A model generated the notes under the pieces. It made no database searches. It was not told the DNA's origin and saw only the letters and a list, made by a program, of their open reading frames with translations. The position numbers were made by a program, and so were the translations under genes. A DNA stretch of 62,682 nucleotides, filler included, from Candidatus Fermentibacterota bacterium (lineage in GTDB: Bacteria; JAFGKV01): NCBI GenBank assembly GCA_016928395.1. It is 8 parts of 8 records of this genome, joined end to end, with 100 filler letters (N's around TTAATTAATTAA, not from the genome) between each part and the next. Parts side by side here need not be neighbours in the genome. Positions count along the whole stretch, not along the records: positions 4,505 to 14,708 come from JAFGKV010000275.1; positions 14,809 to 37,337 come from JAFGKV010000277.1; 6 more parts are not named here. One strand, written 5' to 3'. Shown piece after piece: positions 9,234-18,321 of this stretch; position 1 is the first letter of the stretch; each line of letters starts with the position of its first letter.

Positions 9234-10409
9234 ATGAGAACCATCGTCACTATGCCCGGAGATGGAATCGGCAAGATCGTGCTGCCTGAAGGTCTGCGCG
9301 TGTTGCGGGCCGCAGGCTTCGAGGCAGACTATGTCCACGCGGACATCGGTTGGGAGTTCTGGTGCAAGGAGGGAAACCCCTTTCCCCAGCGCACCATCGA
9401 CCTTCTGGCTGAACACAAAATCGGCCTTTTCGGCGCCATCACGTCGAAGCCCAAGGATAAGGCGGAGACCGAGCTGGCGCCTGAGCTTCGGGGCAAGGGG
9501 CATGTCTATGCCAGCCCTATCGTGGGCATGCGGCAGAAGTTCGATCTTGACATCAGTATCAGGCCCTGCCAGTCGTTCGAAGGCAACCCGCTGAACTTCA
9601 TCAGGCGCCGGGGTGACGGTTTCATGGAGCCGAAAGTAGATGCGGTAATCTTCAGGCAGAACACCGAATGCCTCTACTGCGGCGTGGAGTGGACCAATCC
9701 TCCGGCGGAGGTCCGGCGTGCCCTGGAGACCCACAAGAAGATGAAGGCGTTCGCCCACGTGCCTGGCGAGGATCTGGCCATCTCGTGCCGCATCATGACC
9801 CGCGGCGCATGCCGCCGGATCTGCGAAGCCGCGTTCGCGTACGCCGCGAGGCATGGGTACAAGAGCGTCACGGTGTGCGAGAAGGCGAATGTCATTCGCG
9901 AGACATCCGGCCTCATGCGGGCGGAGGCCAGAGCCGTGGCGAAGAACTACCCGGATATCGCCGTATGGGACACCAATATAGATGCCCAGATGATGTGGTT
10001 GACGAAGAATCCGGAAGACTACGGCGTGATCGTATCCAGCAATATGTTCGGCGACATCGTGTCGGACGGGTTTGCCGGGCTCGTGGGCGGTTTAGGTTTC
10101 GCAGCAAGCGCGAATATCGGCCGCGATGTCGCGGTGTTTGAGCCGACCCATGGATCGGCGCCGAAATATGAGAAGCTTCAGCCGGCCATCGTCAACCCTA
10201 TCGCGATGATTCTCACGACCTGCATGCTGCTAGACTATCTGGGCGAGACCGACAAGGCCGCACGTATCAAGAACGCCGTGGCGGCGGTAGTCAAAGAGGG
10301 CACGGTCCGCACCTATGACATGCTCCGCCTCACCGGTGGGCCCGATGTCTTCTCCCACGGGGCCGCCACGACGACCCAGATGACGGATGCCGTCATCGCG
10401 CGCCTCTAG
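9234..10409 (+). CDS. Isocitrate/isopropylmalate dehydrogenase family protein
   Basis: Motifs PGDGIG, NMFGDIVSD, FEPTHGSAP and NPIAMIL; RBS AGGAGG. Confidence 0.92.
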   Translation: MRTIVTMPGDGIGKIVLPEGLRVLRAAGFEADYVHADIGWEFWCKEGNPFPQRTIDLLAEHKIGLFGAITSKPKDKAETELAPELRGKGHVYASPIVGMRQKFDLDISIRPCQSFEGNPLNFIRRRGDGFMEPKVDAVIFRQNTECLYCGVEWTNPPAEVRRALETHKKMKAFAHVPGEDLAISCRIMTRGACRRICEAAFAYAARHGYKSVTVCEKANVIRETSGLMRAEARAVAKNYPDIAVWDTNIDAQMMWLTKNPEDYGVIVSSNMFGDIVSDGFAGLVGGLGFAASANIGRDVAVFEPTHGSAPKYEKLQPAIVNPIAMILTTCMLLDYLGETDKAARIKNAVAAVVKEGTVRTYDMLRLTGGPDVFSHGAATTTQMTDAVIARL

Positions 10410-10462
10410 CGGCACGATGAACGCGGGGCGGGCTTCTGGGACCGCCCCTGGACTCTTTGGTG

Positions 10463-11086
10463 CTACGTCCCGAAGATCCGGTCACCCGCGTCGCCGAGGC
10501 CGGGCAGGATATAGCCGTGTTCGTTGAGCTGACGATCCAATGCGGCGGCATAGATGGGGACATCCGGATGCGCGCGAGTGAGCAGAGCAACACCCTCGGG
10601 AGCTGCTACAAGGCACAGGAATCGTATGGACGTGCCGCCCGATTCCTTGATGAGGCGAACCGCCTCCGCCACGCTGCCGCCGGTGGCCAGCATGGGGTCG
10701 ACCACGATGATCCAGCTCTCGGCCAGGCCATCGGGCAACTTCGCATAGTACACCACCGGCTGAAGCGACTCGTGATCGCGGTAGATGCCCACATGCCCGA
10801 CCCGCGCCCAGGGTACCAGTTCCAGCACGCCGTCCAGCATGCCGACTCCGGCGCGCAGGATCGGCACCAATACCAGTGGCACGCCGGGACGTACCCCGGT
10901 GGTCGTTTCCAGCGGCGTCTCGATTTGAGCCGGTATCACGGGAAAGTCCCTGGTGATTTCGTACACCATGAGCGCGGTGAGTTCTTTGAGCAGTCTGCGG
11001 AAGTCATGTTTCGGGGTGCGCTGGTCACGCAGGCTGGCAAGCTTGCTCTGGATCAGGGGATGATCGAGCACGAGGAGCCTATCCAT
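10463..11086 (-). CDS. upp: Uracil phosphoribosyltransferase
   Basis: Motifs [23 protein letters not shown] and [16 protein letters not shown]. Confidence 0.97.
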   Translation of the reverse strand: MDRLLVLDHPLIQSKLASLRDQRTPKHDFRRLLKELTALMVYEITRDFPVIPAQIETPLETTTGVRPGVPLVLVPILRAGVGMLDGVLELVPWARVGHVGIYRDHESLQPVVYYAKLPDGLAESWIIVVDPMLATGGSVAEAVRLIKESGGTSIRFLCLVAAPEGVALLTRAHPDVPIYAAALDRQLNEHGYILPGLGDAGDRIFGT

Positions 11087-11159
11087 GAGAACCTCCCTAG
11101 GAGAGCGGTTGCGACCAACTAGCGCGAGTCGATGTCCGCCGGAAAGCACATTGTGCGCA

Positions 11160-11549
11160 ATGCTCGTGGTGGTCCTGGCGCTCCTTTCGGGATGCAAGGA
11201 GAAACGGACATGGGGTCCAGCTCCCGGCATGAAGTCACTTCGTCCGCTGGCGGTGAGCCTGGAAGGCATCTGGATCGGCCATCCCTGGGGCGAATTGGTG
11301 GTGTCCAAGGTTGGGAGGGATTCGCTCATGGCCGCCGCGGGAGAGGGATTGCGCATCCGCGGCGCGATCAACGGGTCTCGGGCCGATATTGTCATAGCAG
11401 GTGATCCCGTCCATCCCTCAGGCTATCTCTACCTCTTGCCGGCCACCGATTCTCTGTTCGTCGGCCTTCGTGACTCTACGGGCGGGTGGGACAGGTTCTT
11501 TACTCTGTACCGCCAGTCTTTGGAGCCGGTGGGAGGTGAGCACTCATGA
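11160..11549 (+). CDS. Hypothetical lipoprotein
   Basis: Lipobox LLSGC; its stop overlaps the start of the next gene (ATGA). Confidence 0.55.
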   Translation: MLVVVLALLSGCKEKRTWGPAPGMKSLRPLAVSLEGIWIGHPWGELVVSKVGRDSLMAAAGEGLRIRGAINGSRADIVIAGDPVHPSGYLYLLPATDSLFVGLRDSTGGWDRFFTLYRQSLEPVGGEHS

Positions 11550-13066
11550 CACTGGAACGAATCGTGTTCACCCGGTGCCGCTGTTGGACAGGCGGCGCCG
11601 GGTTGGGCCTGACCTCCGCCGTCAGTATCGATGAGGGCAGGATAGCCGCGCTGGGCGATGAGGCCTCGAGGGCGGGATGGAGGCACATTGACTTGGGCGG
11701 CCGCGTGGTACTGCCTGGCCTGATCGATGCCCATTGTCACCTGACTGCGGCGGCATCCCGTCGGCTGCGGGTCGGCCTGGCAGACTGCCCGTCATTGGAT
11801 GCCGTGCTGGACGCCGTAGCAGGCTGGGGCGCGGCGCATCCCGGCGACGAATGGGTTCGGGGATGGGGGTGGGATCACTACCGTTGGGAGGATTCTGCGC
11901 TGCCGTCCCGTCACGATCTGGATCGCGTCATTCCTGACCAGCCGGTGTGGCTTTCCCGCCGCGACGGGCACAGCGCGTGGCTGAATACCCTTGCCATGAG
12001 ACGTCTCGGCCCGCTGCCCGATGCGTCCGAGGATCTCCTGCCGTGCGATGACCGAGGGCCCGTAGGGATTGTGCGGGAGACGCTCATGGATGAACTGGCG
12101 CTCCGTCTGCCGATTTATCCCATGGATGCACACTTCCGGGTGCTCATGGCGGAGCAGGAACACCTGCTATCGCAGGGCATCGTGGGGGTGCACACCGTGG
12201 AGCGTGCCCGGGGCGTCGAAGTACTGGATCACGCCGCCGGGCAGGGAGCCTTGACCTTTACCATGTACATCATGGGGGAGGGGATCCCTCCGGAGGAATG
12301 CCACAGGTGTGGCGCTTCAGTCGAAATCCAGGGGTACAAGTTGTTCGTCGACGGTTCGCTGGGCTCGGGTACCGCCTGGATGATGGGCGATGCGGGTACA
12401 ACAGGGACGCCGGTCATCGCGGGGGAGGAACTCGACGCGCGGGTTCGTGCGGCCCTGGAACAGGGCCTCGATCCCTGCATTCACGCCATAGGCGATCGCG
12501 CCGTGCGGGACGTGCTGGATGTGTTCGGGCGCTATGCGCCGCACCACCGGGAAAGGGCGTTCCGAATCGAGCATGTCCAGCACCTTGATCGCGGTGATTG
12601 CAGCCGCATCGTTGCGCCGAATCTCTACCTTTCAGTGCAGCCCTGCCAGTTGCTGAGCGATCGGCCGCTCATAGACCGACTTCCGGCGCGCCCACACCGG
12701 CTGGATTACGCCTTTGAGACCATGGTCAAGGCCGGCGCAACTCTGCTCATGGGAACGGATTTCCCCATCGAGCCCTCTGATCCGTGGCGCAATATCGCCG
12801 CAGCCTTAGATCGATGCGGAGAGGGCGAAACGCCGTGGCATGGCGATGAGCGGCTTGCCTGGCCCACGGTGCTGGATGCCTATACGGCCGTGCCGGCTCG
12901 GATGGCGGGGTGGCGTGATGTCGGCGTTCTTGCTCCGGGCTATGCTGCGAATTTCGTGGTGGTGGACCGCGACCCCGGCCAGGGGGCGCCGTGGAACCAG
13001 ACGGTGCACCTCACAGTCAAGAATGGCGAGGTCTTGTTTTCGGATGGGAGCATCGACCTGGGGTGA
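11546..13066 (+). CDS. Amidohydrolase (YtcJ-like, Amidohydro_3)
   Basis: Motifs PGLIDAHCH, DGHSAWLN, KLFVDGSLG, HAIGD, RIEHVQ and GTDFP. Confidence 0.92.
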   Translation: MTLERIVFTRCRCWTGGAGLGLTSAVSIDEGRIAALGDEASRAGWRHIDLGGRVVLPGLIDAHCHLTAAASRRLRVGLADCPSLDAVLDAVAGWGAAHPGDEWVRGWGWDHYRWEDSALPSRHDLDRVIPDQPVWLSRRDGHSAWLNTLAMRRLGPLPDASEDLLPCDDRGPVGIVRETLMDELALRLPIYPMDAHFRVLMAEQEHLLSQGIVGVHTVERARGVEVLDHAAGQGALTFTMYIMGEGIPPEECHRCGASVEIQGYKLFVDGSLGSGTAWMMGDAGTTGTPVIAGEELDARVRAALEQGLDPCIHAIGDRAVRDVLDVFGRYAPHHRERAFRIEHVQHLDRGDCSRIVAPNLYLSVQPCQLLSDRPLIDRLPARPHRLDYAFETMVKAGATLLMGTDFPIEPSDPWRNIAAALDRCGEGETPWHGDERLAWPTVLDAYTAVPARMAGWRDVGVLAPGYAANFVVVDRDPGQGAPWNQTVHLTVKNGEVLFSDGSIDLG

Positions 13067-13584
13067 GACTATCGGCAATCCTGGGCACGCGGGGGGAGGG
13101 AAAGACTACTGCGGCGGTGAGCCTCGGCTTGCGGGCCTCTTCAGCGGGGCTCATGACGGCCGGCATCGTGGCGCCGGTCGTGTACAACGAAGGGGTACGG
13201 ATCGGCTATGATGTGGTGGATCTGTGCTCAGGGGAACGCGCGCCGTGGCTCCGGCTGGCGGAAGGCGTACCGACGGTTGGGCCTTTCATCGTTGTCCACG
13301 GTGGCGAAACCGTCGCTCGGGGGGCCCTGGAACGGATGCTGTCGGGGGAGAGTGACCTGGCGATCCTCGACGAAGTGGGGGAGTGGGAGCTGGCCGGAGG
13401 AGGTCACTCGTGGGCCGTGGATCGGCTGGCGGACTGCCCGGCGGCGTCGATCGTTCTGGTGATGAGGGAGGGCGTCGTCACCCGAGTGAAACAGCGGTGG
13501 GGTTTCTCGTTCCGATGCTGGCGACCCTGCGAGGTACAGTCACTGGCATCGGCGCTTGGGCTTGGAGGTGAGGCTTGCCGTTAA
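13063..13584 (+). CDS. NTPase_1/DUF2478-like P-loop NTPase
   Basis: Walker A GTRGEGKT, a RIGYDVVDL motif, and ILDEVGEWEL. Confidence 0.75.
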   Translation: MRLSAILGTRGEGKTTAAVSLGLRASSAGLMTAGIVAPVVYNEGVRIGYDVVDLCSGERAPWLRLAEGVPTVGPFIVVHGGETVARGALERMLSGESDLAILDEVGEWELAGGGHSWAVDRLADCPAASIVLVMREGVVTRVKQRWGFSFRCWRPCEVQSLASALGLGGEACR

Positions 13585-14087
13585 CCACGAAGACAGGCGA
13601 TGAAGGGTGGACCCGCGATGGAGGGTCCCGCAGGGTCCGCAAAGACGACGTCCTCATCGAGGCGTACGGGGTTCTGGACGAACTCCAATGTCATCTATGG
13701 TGGCTGGCCGCTGTGTGTCCGTCGCACGTGGCCGCAATGGTTGCGCGATGGCACGGGGTGGTGACCGCGGCCGCCGAGACGGTGTGGGGGAGAAGCCCGG
13801 AGGTGGATTCGGCGATGGTGCGATCACTGGAGGACGACATCGCCGCGGTGCTCCCTGATCCCCCCGCTGGGTTCGTGACGCCGGGAGGCTCGGAGGCATC
13901 CAGTCGTGCCCACCTGGCCCGCGTCGTGTGCCGAACCGCGGAGCGTCGTGTCGTCGCGGCCATGGGTATCGGCGCTCCCGCTCTCCCGGTTCTGAACCGT
14001 CTCTCCGACGCGCTCTTCGCCCTGGCTGTGGCTCTGGGAGAGTCTGGAATGGAGAGCCGTTCATCTCAGTGTCGGGGGTCAAAGTGA
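13575..14087 (+). CDS. ATP:cob(I)alamin adenosyltransferase (PduO type)
   Basis: Motifs TKTGDEGWT, AYGVLDEL, HLARVVCRTAER and LNRLSDALF. Confidence 0.9.
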   Translation: MPLTTKTGDEGWTRDGGSRRVRKDDVLIEAYGVLDELQCHLWWLAAVCPSHVAAMVARWHGVVTAAAETVWGRSPEVDSAMVRSLEDDIAAVLPDPPAGFVTPGGSEASSRAHLARVVCRTAERRVVAAMGIGAPALPVLNRLSDALFALAVALGESGMESRSSQCRGSK

Positions 14088-14352
14088 ACTTTGTTTTTCC
14101 AAGTTCACCATTCTGCGCTTTCGATGCCCAGGATTCTTGATGTTCTCTTCTGCCGGAACGGCTTCTGCCGTGACAGGTCTACACCGACGACGCACAGCGG
14201 ACTAAAGACCTGGCGCGCCAGATTGAGGGAAAGAGGCTGACTATGCTTGCGGGAGAGCGATTCGATAGGGCAGTCCCCTCGCGGTGTGGTGTAACGGGCT
14301 GCGATTGACGCAGCATTCCCGCGTACTGAGTGGTTCACTCCTGGAGGATCTC

Positions 14353-14708
14353 ATGTATCGTCTCCGGTTCTCTGTTGTCGTCGCAGTAATGATTGCCATG
14401 GCAGCGCACCCTGTGCAGGGCGAAGACTACACTCTTACGTCCCTGAAGGCCGACGTGGAGGCGGCCGAGTCGGCGGAGGCGTTACGTGACGTGTTCAGGG
14501 AATACCTCCTCAATGCAGCCGACATCGACGCTGCCCGGGGGGCCCAGGATCAGTGGAAGTCCCTGGACGAGACCGCGATGCGAGCCTTCACAGAGAGCCT
14601 CTACATGACCAGCCCGGACTCCGGGAAGTGGGTCTATCTCCGGGGCCGGATTGCCCCGACGCCAGGGGAGCAGATCAAGATCGGCCGCCAGCTCGTCGCT
14701 TCACGGCC
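14353..14708 (+). CDS. Secreted hypothetical protein (truncated by contig end)
   Basis: RBS GGAGG, signal peptide, and a frame open to the gap. Confidence 0.6.
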
Positions 14709-14808
14709 NNNNNNNNNNNNNNNNNNNNNNNNNNNNNNNNNNNNNNNNNNNNTTAATTAATTAANNNNNNNNNNNNNNNNNNNNNNNNNNNNNNNNNNNN
14801 NNNNNNNN

Positions 14809-15672
14809 AACAACAGTGCGGTGTATCTCGATGGCGCCCTGGCGGCCCAGGAGTCATTCCCCACGGGTGACGGCGACAACTGGGCTGGATTCGCCACGGT
14901 CTCGGTGAATGATCACGGCGACTATGTCATCGCCGGCGATACGGATGGGCCGACGGCCACCGACGCCTTTGTCGCGGTCAATGGTCAGATCGTGATTCGT
15001 GAAGGCGATGTCATCGACGGCTTCACCCTCACGACCTCGGCCTCTCTCCGGGCGGTGAGCATCAACAATGCGGGATTTGTGGCCCATATGTGGGGTATTG
15101 GTGGTGGAGCGGAGGCGCTGTTCGTGGGGCGAGCGGCTGACCTGGCCGGCTCATCGCGGCTCATTGCCGCCACCGGTGCATCGCTGGATGTTGATGGCGA
15201 TGGCCTTGCCGATTATCAGCTCACGGATTTTTCGGCATCCTCCTCGATCAGCCCGGGACTTGACCTGGCCACGGGCATGGTGGTCTTCGCGGAAGTCGAT
15301 CTCACCCCTGAGGGCGGCGGCACGGAGATTGAGGCCATCGTCGGCTTTCCTGCCTGTGCCGGGCCTCTGATCCTCACGGGTACGCTCATCGACTCCACGC
15401 TGGTCGACCTGCAATGGACCCCATCCCCCTCGGTCTACCAGTACTGGCTGTACGGTGCAGGAAACCAGCAGTACTTCGTGCCCGGATTCGCGCCTGATTT
15501 CTTGCATCGCATAGGGATCTACCCGCCGGAAGTCACGAGCGCGCCGTGGCCTGGCCCTGGCGACCCCAATGACAATGCGACCTTCATCGTCATCGCTGTG
15601 ACGCCCAGCGGAGTGGAAATGACTCGGTCGAACAGGTTTGGCGAGTTCGACTTCGAGGCCGACATCCCCTGA
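14809..15672 (+). CDS. Secreted protein C-terminal part with GEFDF-ending domain (5'-truncated)
   Basis: Frame is open from the contig start; beta-rich repeats, a DVDGDG motif, and a final FN3-like domain ending SNRFGEFDFEADIP. Confidence 0.75.
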   Translation, partial: NNSAVYLDGALAAQESFPTGDGDNWAGFATVSVNDHGDYVIAGDTDGPTATDAFVAVNGQIVIREGDVIDGFTLTTSASLRAVSINNAGFVAHMWGIGGGAEALFVGRAADLAGSSRLIAATGASLDVDGDGLADYQLTDFSASSSISPGLDLATGMVVFAEVDLTPEGGGTEIEAIVGFPACAGPLILTGTLIDSTLVDLQWTPSPSVYQYWLYGAGNQQYFVPGFAPDFLHRIGIYPPEVTSAPWPGPGDPNDNATFIVIAVTPSGVEMTRSNRFGEFDFEADIP

Positions 15673-15685
15673 GCGCACGGTACAG

Positions 15686-16315
15686 ATGGACAAAGATGAG
15701 GCGGTGGTGAAGACCGCGGTCTTCACCACCGCGCGGCTCACGGTTCGCCCCGCACGCCCCACCACGGAGGACTCAGCGTTCCTCTATCGGTTGTGGACGA
15801 CTGCGGCGGTCATGCGCCCCGTAGGGTTTCCCGAAGGCCTTCGGACCACACCGGAAGAGATCCTCCTTGCAGTACAGGGCTATCGAAACCCGCCCTTCGA
15901 CATCCCGTTATTGGTTGAACTGGCGGCCACGGAGCGGCTCATTGGTCAGTGTAAATTGGGGACGCCGGATTCTGAGGGTGTCGCCGGAACCGATGTAAAG
16001 CTGCTCCCCGAGTTCTGGGGTCAGGGCTTCGGCTCGGAGCTGAAGCGGGCGCTGGTCTCCTATCTGTTTTCCCACACGGACTGCCTCGCGGTACAGGCCA
16101 CCCCGAACCGGGACAATATCGCGTCGCAGCGAATGCAGGAAGCGGCGGGTGGCCGGCGGGTAGGCGAGGGCGTGCATCGTTTCCCGGAGCACATGCGCGA
16201 GTATACGACGGATGTGGCGTTTTATGTGTATCACATACGAAGACAGGAGTGGGAAAAGGAGGGAGAAGACCTCGCGAGCTGTTGCGTGCACACCACGGCC
16301 TGGAATCGGCATTGA
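15686..16315 (+). CDS. GNAT N-acetyltransferase (RimJ/RimL-like)
   Basis: Motifs TARLTVRP, PEFWGQGFGSE and NIASQR. Confidence 0.85.
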   Translation: MDKDEAVVKTAVFTTARLTVRPARPTTEDSAFLYRLWTTAAVMRPVGFPEGLRTTPEEILLAVQGYRNPPFDIPLLVELAATERLIGQCKLGTPDSEGVAGTDVKLLPEFWGQGFGSELKRALVSYLFSHTDCLAVQATPNRDNIASQRMQEAAGGRRVGEGVHRFPEHMREYTTDVAFYVYHIRRQEWEKEGEDLASCCVHTTAWNRH

Positions 16316-16326
16316 GGCCGGATGGG

Positions 16327-16674
16327 CTAAAATACGATTGGGCCGATCCTGGGAACGGTGTAAAGGATACCCATCAGCATCCCAATTCCGATGAACATGG
16401 CCATGGCGACGAAGACCTGGAGGACAACGACCGCCAGTCCCCCGACATACGTGGTCTTCAGGATCGCGCTGTAGCCTGCGCCGCCCAGGAGCAGCCCCAC
16501 CAAATTGCCGGGACCGGGAAAACCCAGGCCGACAAGCTGCAGAGCGCCTGCGACCAACGTGGCAAGAAGACACCAGAGGAAACCATTCCTCTTGGCGCCG
16601 ACGATCACCGCGGCAATCTTGACCGGCAGAAGCGAGATGCACATCACTGCCGCGATGAGGAGAAGTCGTACCAT
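16327..16674 (-). CDS. Small multi-TM hypothetical protein
   Basis: About four hydrophobic helices; RBS GGAGG upstream on the minus strand. Confidence 0.65.
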   Translation of the reverse strand: MVRLLLIAAVMCISLLPVKIAAVIVGAKRNGFLWCLLATLVAGALQLVGLGFPGPGNLVGLLLGGAGYSAILKTTYVGGLAVVVLQVFVAMAMFIGIGMLMGILYTVPRIGPIVF

Positions 16675-16705
16675 GTCAAAAGCCTCCGATGAAAGCGAAG
16701 GGAGA

Positions 16706-18262
16706 ATGCCCATGAATAGCACGGCAGTCAAGGAGGAAACTTCCTGCCCGGGGTTCGCGCTGCTGCACCGCAGATCCGCGGGGATACTGATGCACCCGAC
16801 CTCATTGCCCGGGCCCGGCGGAGTCGGCGACTTAGGCCCCTCGTGCCATCAGTTCCTCGACTTCGCCGCCGCGGCCAAGGCATCTCTCTGGCAGGTGCTG
16901 CCCTTGGGGCCAACGGGGTATGGCGGTTCACCGTATCAGTGCACCTCGTCGTTCGCGGGCAATCCCTTGCTCATCAGCCTGGAGTGGCTGCGGGATCATG
17001 GGTTGCTGGATAGAGACGTTCTGCAGCACCCACTCCCCTCCGGGGCCCACACCATGCTCCGGGAAGCCGCGTCGCTCAAGGAACGCGCCTTGCAGGCGGC
17101 CTTTGACCGGTTTCGCGCCCAGGGTTCTGCCGGGCAATGGAGCGAGGAGTTCTCCCGCTTCAAGGATGAGCAGTCGTGGTGGCTTGAAGACTATGCGCTG
17201 TGTGCGGCCCTCAAGGAGGAGCATGACGGCGCTCCGTGGTTTGAGTGGCCCCAGGAGCTGAGAGCCCGCGACGTGGACGCACTCCGCGATGCAGGCCTGC
17301 GGCGTGGCGACAGAATCGAATACCGGCGATTCGTGCAGTTTGTCTGGTGGCTCCAGTGGCAGGAAGTCCGCGCGGAGGCAAGACGCCGGGGCATTCTCAT
17401 CATGGGTGACATCCCGATCTTCCCGGCCCATGACAGTGCCGATGTGTGGGCCAACCAGGCATTCTTCAAGCTGGACGAGAAGGGGCAGCCATTCATGGTA
17501 GCTGGCGTGCCGCCAGACTACTTCAGCAAGACGGGCCAACTCTGGGGCAATCCCGTATACCGGTGGGACGTGATCGAGGACACCGGGTTTGACTGGTGGG
17601 CGAAACGGCTCGGCTACACCTTCAGCCTCGTGGACATCATCCGCCTGGACCACTTCCGGGGATTCATGGCGGCCTGGGAGGTACCCGCGGGAGAAATGAC
17701 CGCGGTGCATGGGCAATGGGTGCCGGGACCGGGCAGGCGTATCTTCGAACATCTGGGCCGCACGGTGGGCACCCTTCCCATCGTGGCGGAGAATCTGGGC
17801 GTGATCACCCCAGACGTCGAAGCCGCTCGACAGGAGTTTGCGTTTCCCGGCATGAATATCCTCCAGTTCGCCTTTGACAGCGACTCGGCGAATCCCCACC
17901 TGCCGCACAACCAGGGCAAAGACGTGGTGACCTATACGGGAACCCACGACAATGACACCACCGTGGGATGGTTCGCGGCCGCCGGGGATGGCGTAAAGGG
18001 CTACCTCCGGGAGTACCTGGACCGGAGCGAACCACGGATCCCCTACGATCTTATCCGGCTTGCCTACGCCTCGGCCGCCAATACCGCCGTGGTCCCCCTG
18101 CAGGATGTGCTTGGCCTGGACGGGAACGCCAGGATGAACTACCCGGGACGACAGGAAGGGAATTGGGGCTGGCGTTTCACCGCCGACCAGCTCCAGGATC
18201 ACCATGTCAGGCCCTTGGCCGACCTGGCCCGCGCCTTCGGCCGGCTGCCGGAGTCTGAGTGA
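16706..18262 (+). CDS. malQ: 4-alpha-glucanotransferase (amylomaltase, GH77)
   Basis: Motifs GILMHPTSLP, WQVLPLGPT, GVPPDYFSKTGQLWGNP, RLDHFRG and TGTHDNDT. Confidence 0.96.
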   Translation: MPMNSTAVKEETSCPGFALLHRRSAGILMHPTSLPGPGGVGDLGPSCHQFLDFAAAAKASLWQVLPLGPTGYGGSPYQCTSSFAGNPLLISLEWLRDHGLLDRDVLQHPLPSGAHTMLREAASLKERALQAAFDRFRAQGSAGQWSEEFSRFKDEQSWWLEDYALCAALKEEHDGAPWFEWPQELRARDVDALRDAGLRRGDRIEYRRFVQFVWWLQWQEVRAEARRRGILIMGDIPIFPAHDSADVWANQAFFKLDEKGQPFMVAGVPPDYFSKTGQLWGNPVYRWDVIEDTGFDWWAKRLGYTFSLVDIIRLDHFRGFMAAWEVPAGEMTAVHGQWVPGPGRRIFEHLGRTVGTLPIVAENLGVITPDVEAARQEFAFPGMNILQFAFDSDSANPHLPHNQGKDVVTYTGTHDNDTTVGWFAAAGDGVKGYLREYLDRSEPRIPYDLIRLAYASAANTAVVPLQDVLGLDGNARMNYPGRQEGNWGWRFTADQLQDHHVRPLADLARAFGRLPESE

Positions 18263-18321
18263 GCGCGATCACGGCCCGCGATGCGTCGTTCGACGCACGA
18301 GTTCTACTATCGGAGGGTTCC

